From Acidobacteriota bacterium (lineage in GTDB: Bacteria > Acidobacteriota > UBA6911): a stretch of 64,000 nt of DNA. The notes beneath the pieces are model-generated. The model was not told where the DNA came from, searched no databases, and was given only the letters and a program-made list of their open reading frames with translations. Positions 37,067-47,291 of the stretch are shown here, piece by piece. The number at the start of each line of letters is the position of its first letter. The stretch's first letter is position 1. A program made the translations under genes and the position numbers. The stretch is taken from NCBI GenBank assembly GCA_963664705.1, contig OY761556.1, positions 3,392,001 through 3,456,000 on the forward strand, in the 5' to 3' direction.

Positions 37067-39309
37067 GAATTGGTAAAACTGCGATTTTATTCTTCCTGTG
37101 TTTGAGCGCAGCTGCATTCAACCTGCTTCAAGCCGGCACATTGGAAGGAACGGTTTCGGATCCTGGAGGGCAGGTTGTGCCCGGAGCACGCGTCAGCTTG
37201 AAGCGATCGCTGGTAGCGATCGATGAGCGGCAGGCAGATTCTCGCGGCGTTTATCGCTTTGAAGGGCTGCAGGAAGGCAAGTATCAGATTTCGGCCAATG
37301 CCCCGGGACTTGCCAGTGCGTCCGTCGATGTTGAGTTTCGTAAAGATGAGGTTGTGAAGAAGGATATCCGCCTTCAACTCAGCGCTCTCGTATCCCAGGT
37401 TGTGGTCTCGGCCGCCCTCGGCGGCGCGCTCGTTCCGGAAATCGGCGCTTCCGTCAGTCTCATCGACCAGCATGAAATCGATGATCGTGGAGCGCAGAAT
37501 GCCTTTGAGGTTGTACGCGGAATTCCCGGCATCGAAGTAAACCAGGCGGGGCGCCACGGCGGAGTTACCGGAGTCTTCATTCGCGGAGGCGAATCCAAGT
37601 ACAACGCAGTGATGATTGACGGTATGGAGCTGAACGAATTCGGCGGCAGCTTCGACATGGCCTCGCTTCCGGCAGATGGAATCGAGCGGGTGGAAGTTAC
37701 CCGCGGCCCCGAGAGTGCTCTTTACGGACCCAATGCCCTGACCGGTGTCATCAATATCATCAGCCGCAAAGGAGATGGTCCCGCGCGTTTTACAGCCCTG
37801 GCGGAAGGCGGAAGCTATTCGACACGCCGCTTTGCGACAGGCGGAAGCGGTCTCACCAAAGGATTCAGCTGGGCCTACAATCTTTCTCGCGTCGATTCGG
37901 ACGGAGTCGTGGCCAACGACAACTACCGGAATCAGAGCGCCTTCCTCAGCCTTGGATATCGCCAGGGCACACGACGGCAATTTGATTTTCACTTTTTCGG
38001 AAATGCCAATGACTCCGGAGCTCCCGGCCCCTATGGTTCCGACCCCAACGGCTTCTTTTATGGAATCGACACCGTATCCAGGGGAAAGCAGAATCTGTTC
38101 GGCTATCAGTTCGGCTACACGGAACAGCTCTCCAGTCGAGTCCGGCAAGTGACCGTTGCCAGTCTTGCGACCAATGACACGATCTATCACACGCAGTGGG
38201 GCGACTCGAATAACAACAACCTTCGCGGCATTTTCAATACACGGAGCGAAATTGCATTATCCGGCCGCGACACGTTGGCCGCAGGGTTTGAATTCAACCG
38301 TGAACAGATCCGGCACACCTATATTTCCGACAGCCAGTACAATCCCTTCCTGCTCCCACGCACCAGCTTCGGCTATTTCCTGGAAAACAGATGGAGTCCT
38401 TCCAACCGTCTGTACCTGATCACCGGAATCCGATTTGATAATCTGAGAACTGGAGCGCTCCCGCCCGATGGTTACGGCTCCCGTCCTTACATACCGGCCA
38501 CATCCGTTGTCAAAGTGAATCCGCGTATTTCGGTTGCCTACCTTGTCCAGAATGGTGATTCCAAAGGACAGCTTGGCGGCACAAGAATTCACGGCAGCTT
38601 TGGAACCGGGATTCGTCCGCCCGACGGATTTGAACTCGCATTCACCAATAACCCCGGGCTGAAACCGGAACGAAGCATCAGCTTTGACGCAGGCGTTGAA
38701 CAAAGACTGTTTGCATCGCGCACCGTGGTCGATTTTACCTACTTCTATAATCGATTCCAGGACCAGATCATTACATTGGGTGGATCGATGATCAACCTCA
38801 GCTCCTATCGCTCAGCAAATTTGAAAAATTCGCAAGCCCAGGGCCTCGAGGCGTCATTCCGATTCCAGCCGCTGCAATCGCTGGAACTCGGCGGTCAGTA
38901 CACATATCTCGACAGCGAGGTACTGGCATTGGATGGAGCCTCCCAGGCAAACGCTCCCTACACGGTTGGGCAGCCGCTGGTCCGCCGTCCGCGGCATTCC
39001 GGAAGCTATAACGTCACCTGGCATTATCGAAATCTGACACTCAATACGAATGCATATCTTCGGGGAGTTGCGCTGGATGTGGACCCGTCATTGGGCCTCT
39101 CGGCGTGTTCCTATGGTATGCCCTGCTTCTTCAACAACCCGGGCTATACGCGCGTCGACGCGGGTTTCTCTTATAGACTGCCCAAAGGCGTTGAGGTGTA
39201 TGGAAAAATCAACAACCTGCTCAACAGGAAATACGAGGAAGTATTCGGATATCCGGCCCTGCGCGCAAACTTTGTGGCCGGCATGAAGTTCAGCTTCCCT
39301 TCAGAATAA
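37063..39309 (+). CDS. btuB: TonB-dependent receptor, probable B12 receptor
   Basis: Signal peptide, N-terminal carboxypeptidase-regulatory-like domain, plug IERVEVTRGPESALYG, NLLNRKYEE; last gene of the riboswitch operon. Confidence 0.85.
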   Translation: MRIGKTAILFFLCLSAAAFNLLQAGTLEGTVSDPGGQVVPGARVSLKRSLVAIDERQADSRGVYRFEGLQEGKYQISANAPGLASASVDVEFRKDEVVKKDIRLQLSALVSQVVVSAALGGALVPEIGASVSLIDQHEIDDRGAQNAFEVVRGIPGIEVNQAGRHGGVTGVFIRGGESKYNAVMIDGMELNEFGGSFDMASLPADGIERVEVTRGPESALYGPNALTGVINIISRKGDGPARFTALAEGGSYSTRRFATGGSGLTKGFSWAYNLSRVDSDGVVANDNYRNQSAFLSLGYRQGTRRQFDFHFFGNANDSGAPGPYGSDPNGFFYGIDTVSRGKQNLFGYQFGYTEQLSSRVRQVTVASLATNDTIYHTQWGDSNNNNLRGIFNTRSEIALSGRDTLAAGFEFNREQIRHTYISDSQYNPFLLPRTSFGYFLENRWSPSNRLYLITGIRFDNLRTGALPPDGYGSRPYIPATSVVKVNPRISVAYLVQNGDSKGQLGGTRIHGSFGTGIRPPDGFELAFTNNPGLKPERSISFDAGVEQRLFASRTVVDFTYFYNRFQDQIITLGGSMINLSSYRSANLKNSQAQGLEASFRFQPLQSLELGGQYTYLDSEVLALDGASQANAPYTVGQPLVRRPRHSGSYNVTWHYRNLTLNTNAYLRGVALDVDPSLGLSACSYGMPCFFNNPGYTRVDAGFSYRLPKGVEVYGKINNLLNRKYEEVFGYPALRANFVAGMKFSFPSE

Positions 39310-39317
39310 AGACATCA

Positions 39318-39380
39318 TTCCCCCGTGGGGGTGCGGAGTAAGATTAGAGCTCTCGCTCCGTGTCCCCACATTCGGGGGAA
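39318..39380. repeat. Long imperfect inverted repeat between convergent genes
   Basis: TTCCCCCG-TGGGG..CGGAG ... CTCCG..CCCCA..CGGGGGAA. Confidence 0.55.
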
Positions 39381-39439
39381 GGAATATTCCGGCATTGTCC
39401 TCAAATATTCCTGCAGGAAGCGGGCACCCTCAAACACCC

Positions 39440-40543
39440 CTATTTCAAACCTATAAGCCCCATTCGAAGCAACTTATCGACTACCTGCAGAATCTCCAGT
39501 TCTCTCAGCGGAGATAACATTACAATCGATTTCACATCCCAGGTACCGTTGATGCGGGAAGCCACAAACCCTTCTTCATGCGTCAAATTGTGACGAGTCA
39601 GGGAGGATTCCGGGACCAGGAAATAGGGGATCTTGCCAGCCGGGACTGTGGTTCGGTAATACTCCTGGCAAAGAGCTTTTTCCGCCTGCTCGATCTGCTC
39701 CGAGGCCCAGGCGTTTTGAGGGTCGAGCCGGATCACCTCCTGGAAAGCCTCAATGGCCTCCAGGTATTTATGCTCCTGCATCAACTCCAATCCCTTGTTG
39801 AACAGCCTGGCCGGGCTTTCCGGCTCCGGCAGCGGACGGATGGCTTCCTGAACCTCGATGAGGTTCATGTCATAAAGCAGAAAGAGCTCATAGCTGACAA
39901 GGAAATCGGATCCATGCAGTTCGAGAATGATCTCCGAAATCGGTTTTTTCAGAGTCATCAGATACAGAAGCTTCTTCTGCATCGGCGTGAGGCTGGCACT
40001 CTTCAAATCAACCTTGGGAAGAAGCGCGGGTATTACATCATTGTTGGGAAATACGGCCCGAATTCTCTTCCATTCGTCCTTGCGCCGTATGCCTTCAAAA
40101 AGCAGTGAGTTGATGTCGACCTTGATTAAGATCAGCTCTTCTAGATTGTAGCCGCTGGAGGAGAAATGAAAATAGCCATCCTCCCAAAGAAACAGGTCGT
40201 AGATAACCTCTTCGGTGCGGGTAATCAGCGCCTGCTCGATTTCCTCCTGGGAAACCATTTTCTCCTGGACGAGTATCTTTCCCAAAACCACTCGTGTCTG
40301 CAGGTGAAGCTCAAACGCACGCTTCAACTGAGGCTCGGTTATTTTGCCCTGAAAGAGGAGAAACTGGCCCAATTGCTTGGTGGGATCATTCGAACGGGAA
40401 GATATGATTTTGCCTTCCTGGAGAAACAGATGGATTTTTGTCTTATCTTTGACAAATGCAAGCGATCCGGTTTTCCTGCCGATGGTGACCCACTGCAGGA
40501 CCTCCGGCAAATCCATTGTTTCCAATCTTCCAGAGAGTGACAT
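39440..40543 (-). CDS. DUF4388 domain protein with MshEN-like segment and TPR
   Basis: SLSGRLETMDLPEVLQW..KTGSL, LFLWEDGYFHF, LLFEGIRRKDEW; TPR EAIEAFQEVIRLDPQN. Confidence 0.8.
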   Translation of the reverse strand: MSLSGRLETMDLPEVLQWVTIGRKTGSLAFVKDKTKIHLFLQEGKIISSRSNDPTKQLGQFLLFQGKITEPQLKRAFELHLQTRVVLGKILVQEKMVSQEEIEQALITRTEEVIYDLFLWEDGYFHFSSSGYNLEELILIKVDINSLLFEGIRRKDEWKRIRAVFPNNDVIPALLPKVDLKSASLTPMQKKLLYLMTLKKPISEIILELHGSDFLVSYELFLLYDMNLIEVQEAIRPLPEPESPARLFNKGLELMQEHKYLEAIEAFQEVIRLDPQNAWASEQIEQAEKALCQEYYRTTVPAGKIPYFLVPESSLTRHNLTHEEGFVASRINGTWDVKSIVMLSPLRELEILQVVDKLLRMGLIGLK

Positions 40544-40714
40544 TCGAAAATCCTTTCTATGCACCCCGTTAGAGGTTTCTCTGATGGCTCAGATTGCTTA
40601 TCGACCTCCTTCACGCTTATGTTCAATATTTGGAAGAAACCCGGTAAGATAGGGGTTGCCGACCTTGACAGCAGGTGTATAAAGCTATTTCGTGGATATA
40701 CAAGGAGTTGTGCC

Positions 40715-41299
40715 TTGCTTCTGACCTATGCAAATCAACTGACGATTCTTCGGATGCTGTTCGTCCCCTGCTTCGTCATTCTTCTCATCTATGGCTACCC
40801 CAAGTCGGCGACCATCGTCTTTCTCCTTGCCGGAATAACGGACGGGCTCGACGGACTGCTGGCGCGGAAACTGCAACAGAAGACGGTTCTCGGATCTTTC
40901 CTGGACCCTATGGCAGACAAGATCCTGCTCACCGCCGCCTTCGTCACCCTGACAATCCCGTCGGTACCGATGGTCCTTCATATCCCGACCTGGCTTACTG
41001 TTTTGACCATCAGCCGCGATTTGATCATCGCATTGTCAGTCCTTGTCATTCATTTGCAGACGCAGCATTCGAGTTTTCCTCCCAGCATAATTGGCAAATG
41101 CACTACGGCCGTCCAATTGCTGACCGTTGGAGTTTGCATGCTTGCCAATTTCGAAATGAAGGTGGCCATCTTCGCTTTCCCGCTGGTCGTATATACCACT
41201 TTAGCCTTCACACTCGCCTCCGGCCTGCACTACGCTTTTAAGTCGGTGAAGATTATTGCGTCGTATCAGGGATCCGGAAATGATTCAAAAAGGTCTTAG
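40715..41299 (+). CDS. CDP-alcohol phosphatidyltransferase (PgsA-like)
   Basis: ANQLTILR and signature TDGLDGLLAR..LGSFLDPMADK; TTG start at 40715 after AAGGAG. Confidence 0.9.
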   Translation: MLLTYANQLTILRMLFVPCFVILLIYGYPKSATIVFLLAGITDGLDGLLARKLQQKTVLGSFLDPMADKILLTAAFVTLTIPSVPMVLHIPTWLTVLTISRDLIIALSVLVIHLQTQHSSFPPSIIGKCTTAVQLLTVGVCMLANFEMKVAIFAFPLVVYTTLAFTLASGLHYAFKSVKIIASYQGSGNDSKRS

Positions 41300-42605
41300 G
41301 ATTGTCGAGGTAGAAGCAGGATCAGCCGCCGAAGACGTCGGGATCGAGCCTGGCGACGAAATTCTGACGGTCAACGGTCATCGCATACCGGACGAATTAG
41401 CCCTGCAATTCTGCCTTTCCGATGATCGCATCAGAATGCGAATTCGAAAAGCGGGGGGTAGGGAGAAGTTGCTTCGCCTGGAGCTTTCAGAACGTTCGCT
41501 GGGGATTCAGGTGGAGGATTTCCGCACCCACACCTGCAACAACGCATGCCTCTTCTGCTTTGTCGATCAGCTGCCGCCGGACGTCCGGCCCTCACTTCGG
41601 GTGAAGGACGACGACTATCGGCTTTCGTTCTTGCACGGAAATTACATCACGCTTACCAACCTGCGGGATCCGGAACTGGATCGAATCATAGAGCACCGCC
41701 TGTCACCGCTTTATGTTTCAATCCACGCCACCGACCCGGAATTGCGGACCCGGATGCTGGGCCGCAGGAAAGTCGACGATCTGGATCGAAAGTTGGGGAA
41801 ACTGATTCAAGGCGGCATTCGCATTCATGCCCAAATCGTCCTCATGCCGGGAATTAACGACGGCGCCAATCTGGAAAAAACTATTGCGGATTTATCCAGA
41901 CTCTATCCCGGCGTCCAGTCTGTTGCCGTTGTCCCCTTAGGCCTTTCTGAGCATGGAACCATCAAAGATCGATTTGCTCCAGTCACCCCTGTTTTCAGCC
42001 GATCACTGATCCATCAGGTAACTCCCTGGCAGGAACGGTTCCGTCAACAGACCGGAAAAACGTTCGTTTACCTTGCCGACGAGTTCTATATACAGTCCGG
42101 CACCGATCTCCCGAACTCGAATCATTACGACGACTTCGCCCAAATCGAGGATGGCATCGGGATGGTTCGGAATTTCCTCGATGAGTTCGATGCGGCCTTT
42201 CGGCGACGGCGATCCCTTGCCGGGCTAAAGGGCACGGTCGCCACAGGCCGACTATTTTTCCCTACGCTGAAGCTTTGCATGGAGCAGCTCAATTCGAGAT
42301 TTGGGGCTTCGATACAAGTGTGCGAAGTAAAGAATCGTTTCATGGGCAGTCGCATCACGGTCGCGGGACTGCTGGCCGGAGCAGATTTCAAAAAGGCGCT
42401 GAAGCAGGTGGACCTGGGCAATTTTCTTATCATCCCACAGGAGGCCGTATCCCGAATTGACGGTATTCTGATGGACGATCTTTCGCCCGCCGATTTGTCT
42501 CAAAACTTGGGTGTACCGGTTTACCCAGGCGGCCGGACGGCTCGCGACTTTTTCGCGCTTCTTTCCAAACTCAGTCGTCAGCAGGCGGCCGGCAGCCGGC
42601 GGTAA
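41280..42605 (+). CDS. PDZ / radical SAM / DUF512 protein
   Basis: N-terminal PDZ (GIEPGDEILTVNG), CNNACLFC, KDDDYRLSFLHGNYITLTN, YLADEFY, QIEDGIG, ITVAGLL. Confidence 0.9.
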   Translation: MIQKGLRIVEVEAGSAAEDVGIEPGDEILTVNGHRIPDELALQFCLSDDRIRMRIRKAGGREKLLRLELSERSLGIQVEDFRTHTCNNACLFCFVDQLPPDVRPSLRVKDDDYRLSFLHGNYITLTNLRDPELDRIIEHRLSPLYVSIHATDPELRTRMLGRRKVDDLDRKLGKLIQGGIRIHAQIVLMPGINDGANLEKTIADLSRLYPGVQSVAVVPLGLSEHGTIKDRFAPVTPVFSRSLIHQVTPWQERFRQQTGKTFVYLADEFYIQSGTDLPNSNHYDDFAQIEDGIGMVRNFLDEFDAAFRRRRSLAGLKGTVATGRLFFPTLKLCMEQLNSRFGASIQVCEVKNRFMGSRITVAGLLAGADFKKALKQVDLGNFLIIPQEAVSRIDGILMDDLSPADLSQNLGVPVYPGGRTARDFFALLSKLSRQQAAGSRR

Positions 42606-42718
42606 AGGTTATTGCCAATCAGATATGCCGGCACGGCCAACCATAGCTGTCCACTAAAAGCTTGTATTGTTGGACACTCTCTTGCAGAATTTAGACCTTA
42701 CAAATGGGAGATACGGGA

Positions 42719-43183
42719 ATGGCCAGAATTATCCAGGGAAAGCTGGATGCGAAAGGTAGTCGGTTCGCGATCGTTATCAGCCGGTTCAACTCACTAATTA
42801 GCGACAGGCTCCTTTCCGGAGCCATGGATGCACTGGAACGCCATGGAGCCTCTACAGACGATATCAGTGTTGCCTGGGTTCCGGGAAGTTTTGAAATACC
42901 CTCCATCGCCAAGAAAATGGCGTTTTCGCAAAAATACGACGCCGTAATCTGCCTGGGCGCCCTTTTGCGGGGAGAAACACCTCACTTCGATTATCTGTCC
43001 TCCACGGTTACCAAAGAGCTGGGACATATCGGACTGGAATCAGGCATTCCTGTGATAAACGGAGTCCTTACCTGCAATACCATGGAACAGGCCGTGGATC
43101 GTGCGGGACTGAAAACCGGCAATAAAGGGTTCGATGCGGCTGTCACAGCCATCGAAATGGTCCAATTGATAAAGCAGTTGTAG
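42719..43183 (+). CDS. ribH: 6,7-dimethyl-8-ribityllumazine synthase
   Basis: [25 protein letters not shown]. Confidence 0.96.
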   Translation: MARIIQGKLDAKGSRFAIVISRFNSLISDRLLSGAMDALERHGASTDDISVAWVPGSFEIPSIAKKMAFSQKYDAVICLGALLRGETPHFDYLSSTVTKELGHIGLESGIPVINGVLTCNTMEQAVDRAGLKTGNKGFDAAVTAIEMVQLIKQL

Positions 43184-43218
43184 GATCGTCTGTTCGCAGA
43201 TCCGGGTAAAGTGTACCG

Positions 43219-43641
43219 ATGGGACTTCGTAGGGTTGCGCGTGAATGCGCGCTTCAAATGCTGTATCAGCTCGATATCGGCAAGCATTCCAGGGATGAAA
43301 TTCTGCGCACTTACTGGCAGATGAATGAGCATCCGCCGAAAGTGCGGGAGTTTGCCGAACAGTTGTTTGACGGGACTGTCCAGCGAATCAAGCAAATCGA
43401 CAAGGTTATTCAGCAGCATACAAAGAACTGGCGTCTGGGTCGAATGGCCGCCGTGGACCGAAACGTTTTGAGGCTTGCAGTCTTCGAGTTTCTCGCGGGA
43501 GGCAAGACTCCCGAGACGGTGGTCATCAACGAGGCGCTCGAGATTGCCAGGAAGTTTTCTACCCAGGAATCCGCTCAATTTGTAAATGGGATTCTGGACA
43601 GCATTAAGAACGATCTGAAGGATAAAGGGGCGAAAGAGTAA
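43219..43641 (+). CDS. nusB: Transcription antitermination factor NusB
   Basis: RRVARECALQMLY, VDRNVLRLA, VVINEALEIARKF, FVNGILD. Confidence 0.96.
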   Translation: MGLRRVARECALQMLYQLDIGKHSRDEILRTYWQMNEHPPKVREFAEQLFDGTVQRIKQIDKVIQQHTKNWRLGRMAAVDRNVLRLAVFEFLAGGKTPETVVINEALEIARKFSTQESAQFVNGILDSIKNDLKDKGAKE

Positions 43642-45144
43642 ATGGAAAACCGGACAAACCTCTTGGAACAACGCCATCTGAAGCTGGAAGAACTCCGGCG
43701 TCTGGGCTATGACCCGTACCCGCACAAATTCGAGTACACCCATACGCTTGGCCAGATTCGGGAAACGCTTAGCGAAGCCACCGGCCCCGAGCTCGAGGAA
43801 AAAAAAGAGTTCGTCAAAATCTGCGGTCGAATTCTATCCATGCGTCGGCAGGGCAAGGCAGGTTTTCTGGATGTTTCCGACGGTGAGAACAGGCTGCAGG
43901 TTTATATCCGCAAGGATTTCGTGGGCCCCGAAAACTTCGAATTATTCAAGCTGTTCGATCTTGGAGATATTGTCGGCGCCGAAGGGACTATTTTTCGCAC
44001 CCATACCAACGAGCTCACCGTTTCAGCCAGCAAAGTGCATCATCTATCGAAAAGCCTGTTGCCTTTGCCTGAGAAATGGCATGGGCTCACTGACGTTGAA
44101 ATGCGCTTCCGGCAACGCTACGTGGATCTCATCGTAAATCCCGAAGTCCGTTCCGTCTTTGTCAAGCGCGGCAAAATCATACGGGAAATAAGAAATTACC
44201 TGGATGAACGCGGCTACCTGGAAGTGGAAACGCCGGTCCTGCAAACCATCGCAGGCGGAGCTCTCGCTCGGCCATTCCATACGCATCACAACGCACTAAA
44301 CATTGAGCTCTATCTGCGGATCGCGCTGGAACTCTATTTGAAGCGCCTCATCGTCGGCGGCATCCCCCGTGTATACGAATTGGGCCGCATATTCCGGAAC
44401 GAGGGGATCTCGACACAACACAACCCCGAATTTACGATGCTGGAATTCTACCAGGCGTACAGCAATTATCGGGATCTCATGGATTTGTCCCAGGACCTGT
44501 TGACGCATCTCGCCGAGGTCATCACGGGCTCGAGGAAGGTACCATTCGGAGAGCACACGATCGACTTTGATAACTGGCAACGCCTCACCATGAAGGAGGC
44601 AATTTCGCGGTTCTGGCCCGATTCAGTTCCGGCTCCTACGGAAGAGGATTTCGGATCGCTGGAAAAGCTCCGCGCCTTTGCGACCTCCCTGCATGCCCAT
44701 TTCGAACCAACAGACGGCCCGGGAAAACTGCAGGCTATCCTGTTTGAAACGGTTGCGGAGGATCATCTCATTCAGCCCACGATCGTCTATGACTATCCGG
44801 CCGAAGTCTCGCCTCTTTCGAAGAAAAAAGCGGATGACCCGACTACCGTCGAGCGATTCGAGCTCTACATCGCGGGAATGGAAGTCGCCAATGCATACTC
44901 GGAGTTGAACGATCCGGCGGAGCAAAAAGCCCGCTTTGAAGAGCAGCTTAAAGCGCGCGACCAGGGAGATGAAGAAGCTCACGAGATGGATGCCGATTAT
45001 GTGCGGGCTCTCAGCTATGGCATGCCCCCTACGGCAGGGGAAGGTATCGGCATCGATCGGCTGACCATGGTCTTGACCGATTCTCAGTCCATTCGTGATG
45101 TCATCCTGTTTCCGCTGCTGCGCCCGGAACAGCCGAAAGAATAA
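43642..45144 (+). CDS. lysS: Lysine--tRNA ligase (class II)
   Basis: [53 protein letters not shown]. Confidence 0.97.
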   Translation: MENRTNLLEQRHLKLEELRRLGYDPYPHKFEYTHTLGQIRETLSEATGPELEEKKEFVKICGRILSMRRQGKAGFLDVSDGENRLQVYIRKDFVGPENFELFKLFDLGDIVGAEGTIFRTHTNELTVSASKVHHLSKSLLPLPEKWHGLTDVEMRFRQRYVDLIVNPEVRSVFVKRGKIIREIRNYLDERGYLEVETPVLQTIAGGALARPFHTHHNALNIELYLRIALELYLKRLIVGGIPRVYELGRIFRNEGISTQHNPEFTMLEFYQAYSNYRDLMDLSQDLLTHLAEVITGSRKVPFGEHTIDFDNWQRLTMKEAISRFWPDSVPAPTEEDFGSLEKLRAFATSLHAHFEPTDGPGKLQAILFETVAEDHLIQPTIVYDYPAEVSPLSKKKADDPTTVERFELYIAGMEVANAYSELNDPAEQKARFEEQLKARDQGDEEAHEMDADYVRALSYGMPPTAGEGIGIDRLTMVLTDSQSIRDVILFPLLRPEQPKE

Positions 45145-45157
45145 GTTTGCATTTCGC

Positions 45158-45202
45158 TTAAAGGCACAAAAGCTCAAGGAACCACTGCTTTTGCGCCTTT
45201 AA
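45158..45202. repeat. 16-bp inverted repeat hairpin between lysS and lolC/E
   Basis: TTAAAGGCACAAAAGC ... GCTTTTGCGCCTTTAA (15/16 complementary). Confidence 0.65.
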
Positions 45203-45241
45203 GGCATCCCGAATCCGACAGCACCCGTTCTCAGAGCGCCT

Positions 45242-46498
45242 ATGAAATTCGAGCTGTTCGTTGCTTTGCGATATCTCCGCGCGAAACGCAAACAGACAAT
45301 GGTCTCGGTCATTTCGGCCATTTCCATCCTGGGAATCACCGCTGGCGTAATGGCACTGGTTATTGCCCTGGCCCTCTCCACCGGCTTCAAAGAAGATATC
45401 CAGAACAAAATCGTTGGCGCGACTTCAGCTGTGAATCTTCTTCGCATTGACGGCACTTCCATCCAGGATCCGCCGGAAGTACTGCGCAGGATCGGAAAAG
45501 TTCCACACGTTACAGGATCGGCACCGGCCATTTTCAACCAGGTCTTCATATCCGGGCCTTCGCGCAGCCAGGGCGCCTCCATCAAAGGGGTCGATCCGGA
45601 ACAGGAAGGTCAGGTATCTGACTTTTTTTCCCGAATCATCGCCGCCAATCCGAAGGCGCTCGCAACCGCTCCCCCTCCGGCAGGAGAGGACATGCCGATT
45701 CCTCTCGAAAGCATTCTGATAGGAAAGGAAATGGCACATGCGCTGGGCGTCAGGCAAGGAGACTCGCTGAAAGTATTTTATCCCATTGGACGGATGACTC
45801 CGCTGGGCATGACCGCTTCCGAAAAGACTTTGCGCGTTGCCGCAATATTTGAATCAGGATTGTGGGATATCGATTCGAATTGGGCATATGTCAATTTGGT
45901 TCCGGCTCGCAAGCTTTTTGCGCTCCCGCCAGGTGCGGTATCTGTTATTCAATACAGAATCGACGATCTTGATAGTGCCGAGGCCATTGCCGATGACATC
46001 CGCTCACGGGCGGGCGAAGGATTCATCACAACGACCTGGATTGAATTGAACAAGCCTCTTTTCTCCGCGCTCAAGCTGGAAAAGCTCGTGCTGTTCCTGA
46101 CCATCGGATTGATCGTTTTTGTCGCATCGCTCAACGTGGTCACCACCCTCATCATGATGGTGCTCGAAAAACAGGGCGACATCGCAATCCTGACAGCCAT
46201 GGGCGCCACGCCCCGAACCATAAACCGCGTTTTTATGATGCAGGGGATGATCATCGGTATCATTGGGACGATACTGGGAAATGTTCTGGGGATTGGAATC
46301 AGCTGGGTTTTGAATACCTATCAGATCATCCGGCTGGAGCCCGAGATTTACAGCATTCCATACGTTCCCTTTCACGTGAGGATCTGGGACTCGGTGCTTG
46401 TTTCCATCACGGCTCTTGTGATCAGCTACCTGGCCACTATTTATCCCGCTCGGAGCGCAGCGAGAATGGACCCGGTCGAGGTGCTCCGATATGAGTAA
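45242..46498 (+). CDS. lolE: Lipoprotein-releasing ABC permease, LolC/E family
   Basis: FELFVALRYLRAKRK, LFSALKLEK, IYPARSAARMDPVEVLRYE. Confidence 0.9.
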   Translation: MKFELFVALRYLRAKRKQTMVSVISAISILGITAGVMALVIALALSTGFKEDIQNKIVGATSAVNLLRIDGTSIQDPPEVLRRIGKVPHVTGSAPAIFNQVFISGPSRSQGASIKGVDPEQEGQVSDFFSRIIAANPKALATAPPPAGEDMPIPLESILIGKEMAHALGVRQGDSLKVFYPIGRMTPLGMTASEKTLRVAAIFESGLWDIDSNWAYVNLVPARKLFALPPGAVSVIQYRIDDLDSAEAIADDIRSRAGEGFITTTWIELNKPLFSALKLEKLVLFLTIGLIVFVASLNVVTTLIMMVLEKQGDIAILTAMGATPRTINRVFMMQGMIIGIIGTILGNVLGIGISWVLNTYQIIRLEPEIYSIPYVPFHVRIWDSVLVSITALVISYLATIYPARSAARMDPVEVLRYE

Positions 46499-47168
46499 GC
46501 TCCTCGATGTCCAAGACCTTTTCAAAGAATACGCATCAGGAAGTCAACGACTGACAATACTCTCGGGCCTTTCGCTGGCAGCGGAACCCGGGGAGATGAT
46601 CGGTATTACGGGCGTTTCCGGCTCGGGGAAAAGTACGCTGCTTCATCTTATTGGAGGCATGGACAGACCGGACAAGGGATGTGTTCGTATTTTGGATCAT
46701 GACATTCTCACCCTGGCACCACCCGAGCTATCCGATTTCCGAAACCGGACAATCGGCTTCATGTTTCAGTTTCACCACCTCCTCCCGGAGTTCACGGCCC
46801 TCGAAAACGTCATGATGCCGCTGCTTATCCGCGGAGTGTCCGCGCCGGAGGCGACGGAAAGATCGGGTGCCCTTTTGCAGGACGTTGGTTTGGCAGAAAG
46901 AGCTCATCACCGGCCGGGGGAACTGTCCGGGGGTGAGCAGCAGCGAGTTGCTCTTGCACGGGCTTTGGTAGGAAGACCTTGCCTGCTGCTGGCGGACGAA
47001 CCTACAGGGAATGTTGACCCGAAAACGGGACAGGCAATCGGCGAGCTTTTCCGCGAATTGCATGCAAAGCACGGCCTGACATCCATCATCGTCACACATA
47101 ACCCTCAACTCGCCCATCTGTGCTCCAGGGTCTGCCGTCTGGAACAGGGCAAACTAAACTGCGAATGA
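46491..47168 (+). CDS. lolD: Lipoprotein-releasing ABC ATPase
   Basis: GVSGSGKST, FQFHHLLPEFTALENV, LSGGEQQR, ADEPTGN. Confidence 0.92.
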   Translation: MSKLLDVQDLFKEYASGSQRLTILSGLSLAAEPGEMIGITGVSGSGKSTLLHLIGGMDRPDKGCVRILDHDILTLAPPELSDFRNRTIGFMFQFHHLLPEFTALENVMMPLLIRGVSAPEATERSGALLQDVGLAERAHHRPGELSGGEQQRVALARALVGRPCLLLADEPTGNVDPKTGQAIGELFRELHAKHGLTSIIVTHNPQLAHLCSRVCRLEQGKLNCE

Positions 47169-47229
47169 CGAGTGATCTTCCTCTTCAATCCATAACGCAT
47201 CATTCTGAATTCGCCATTCAGATTGCTTC

Positions 47230-47259
47230 TTGCCAGCCTTTTGAGTCTATCCGTATAAT
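47230..47259 (+). promoter_or_regulatory. Putative sigma-70 promoter of clpC
   Basis: TTGCCA-N18-TATAAT. Confidence 0.5.
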
Positions 47260-47291
47260 AAAGCCTAGAATTGAGGGTGCGACGCCATAGT

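Noticed and set aside
37087-38190. 367-aa minus-strand ORF
   Set aside because: Antisense to the TonB-dependent receptor.
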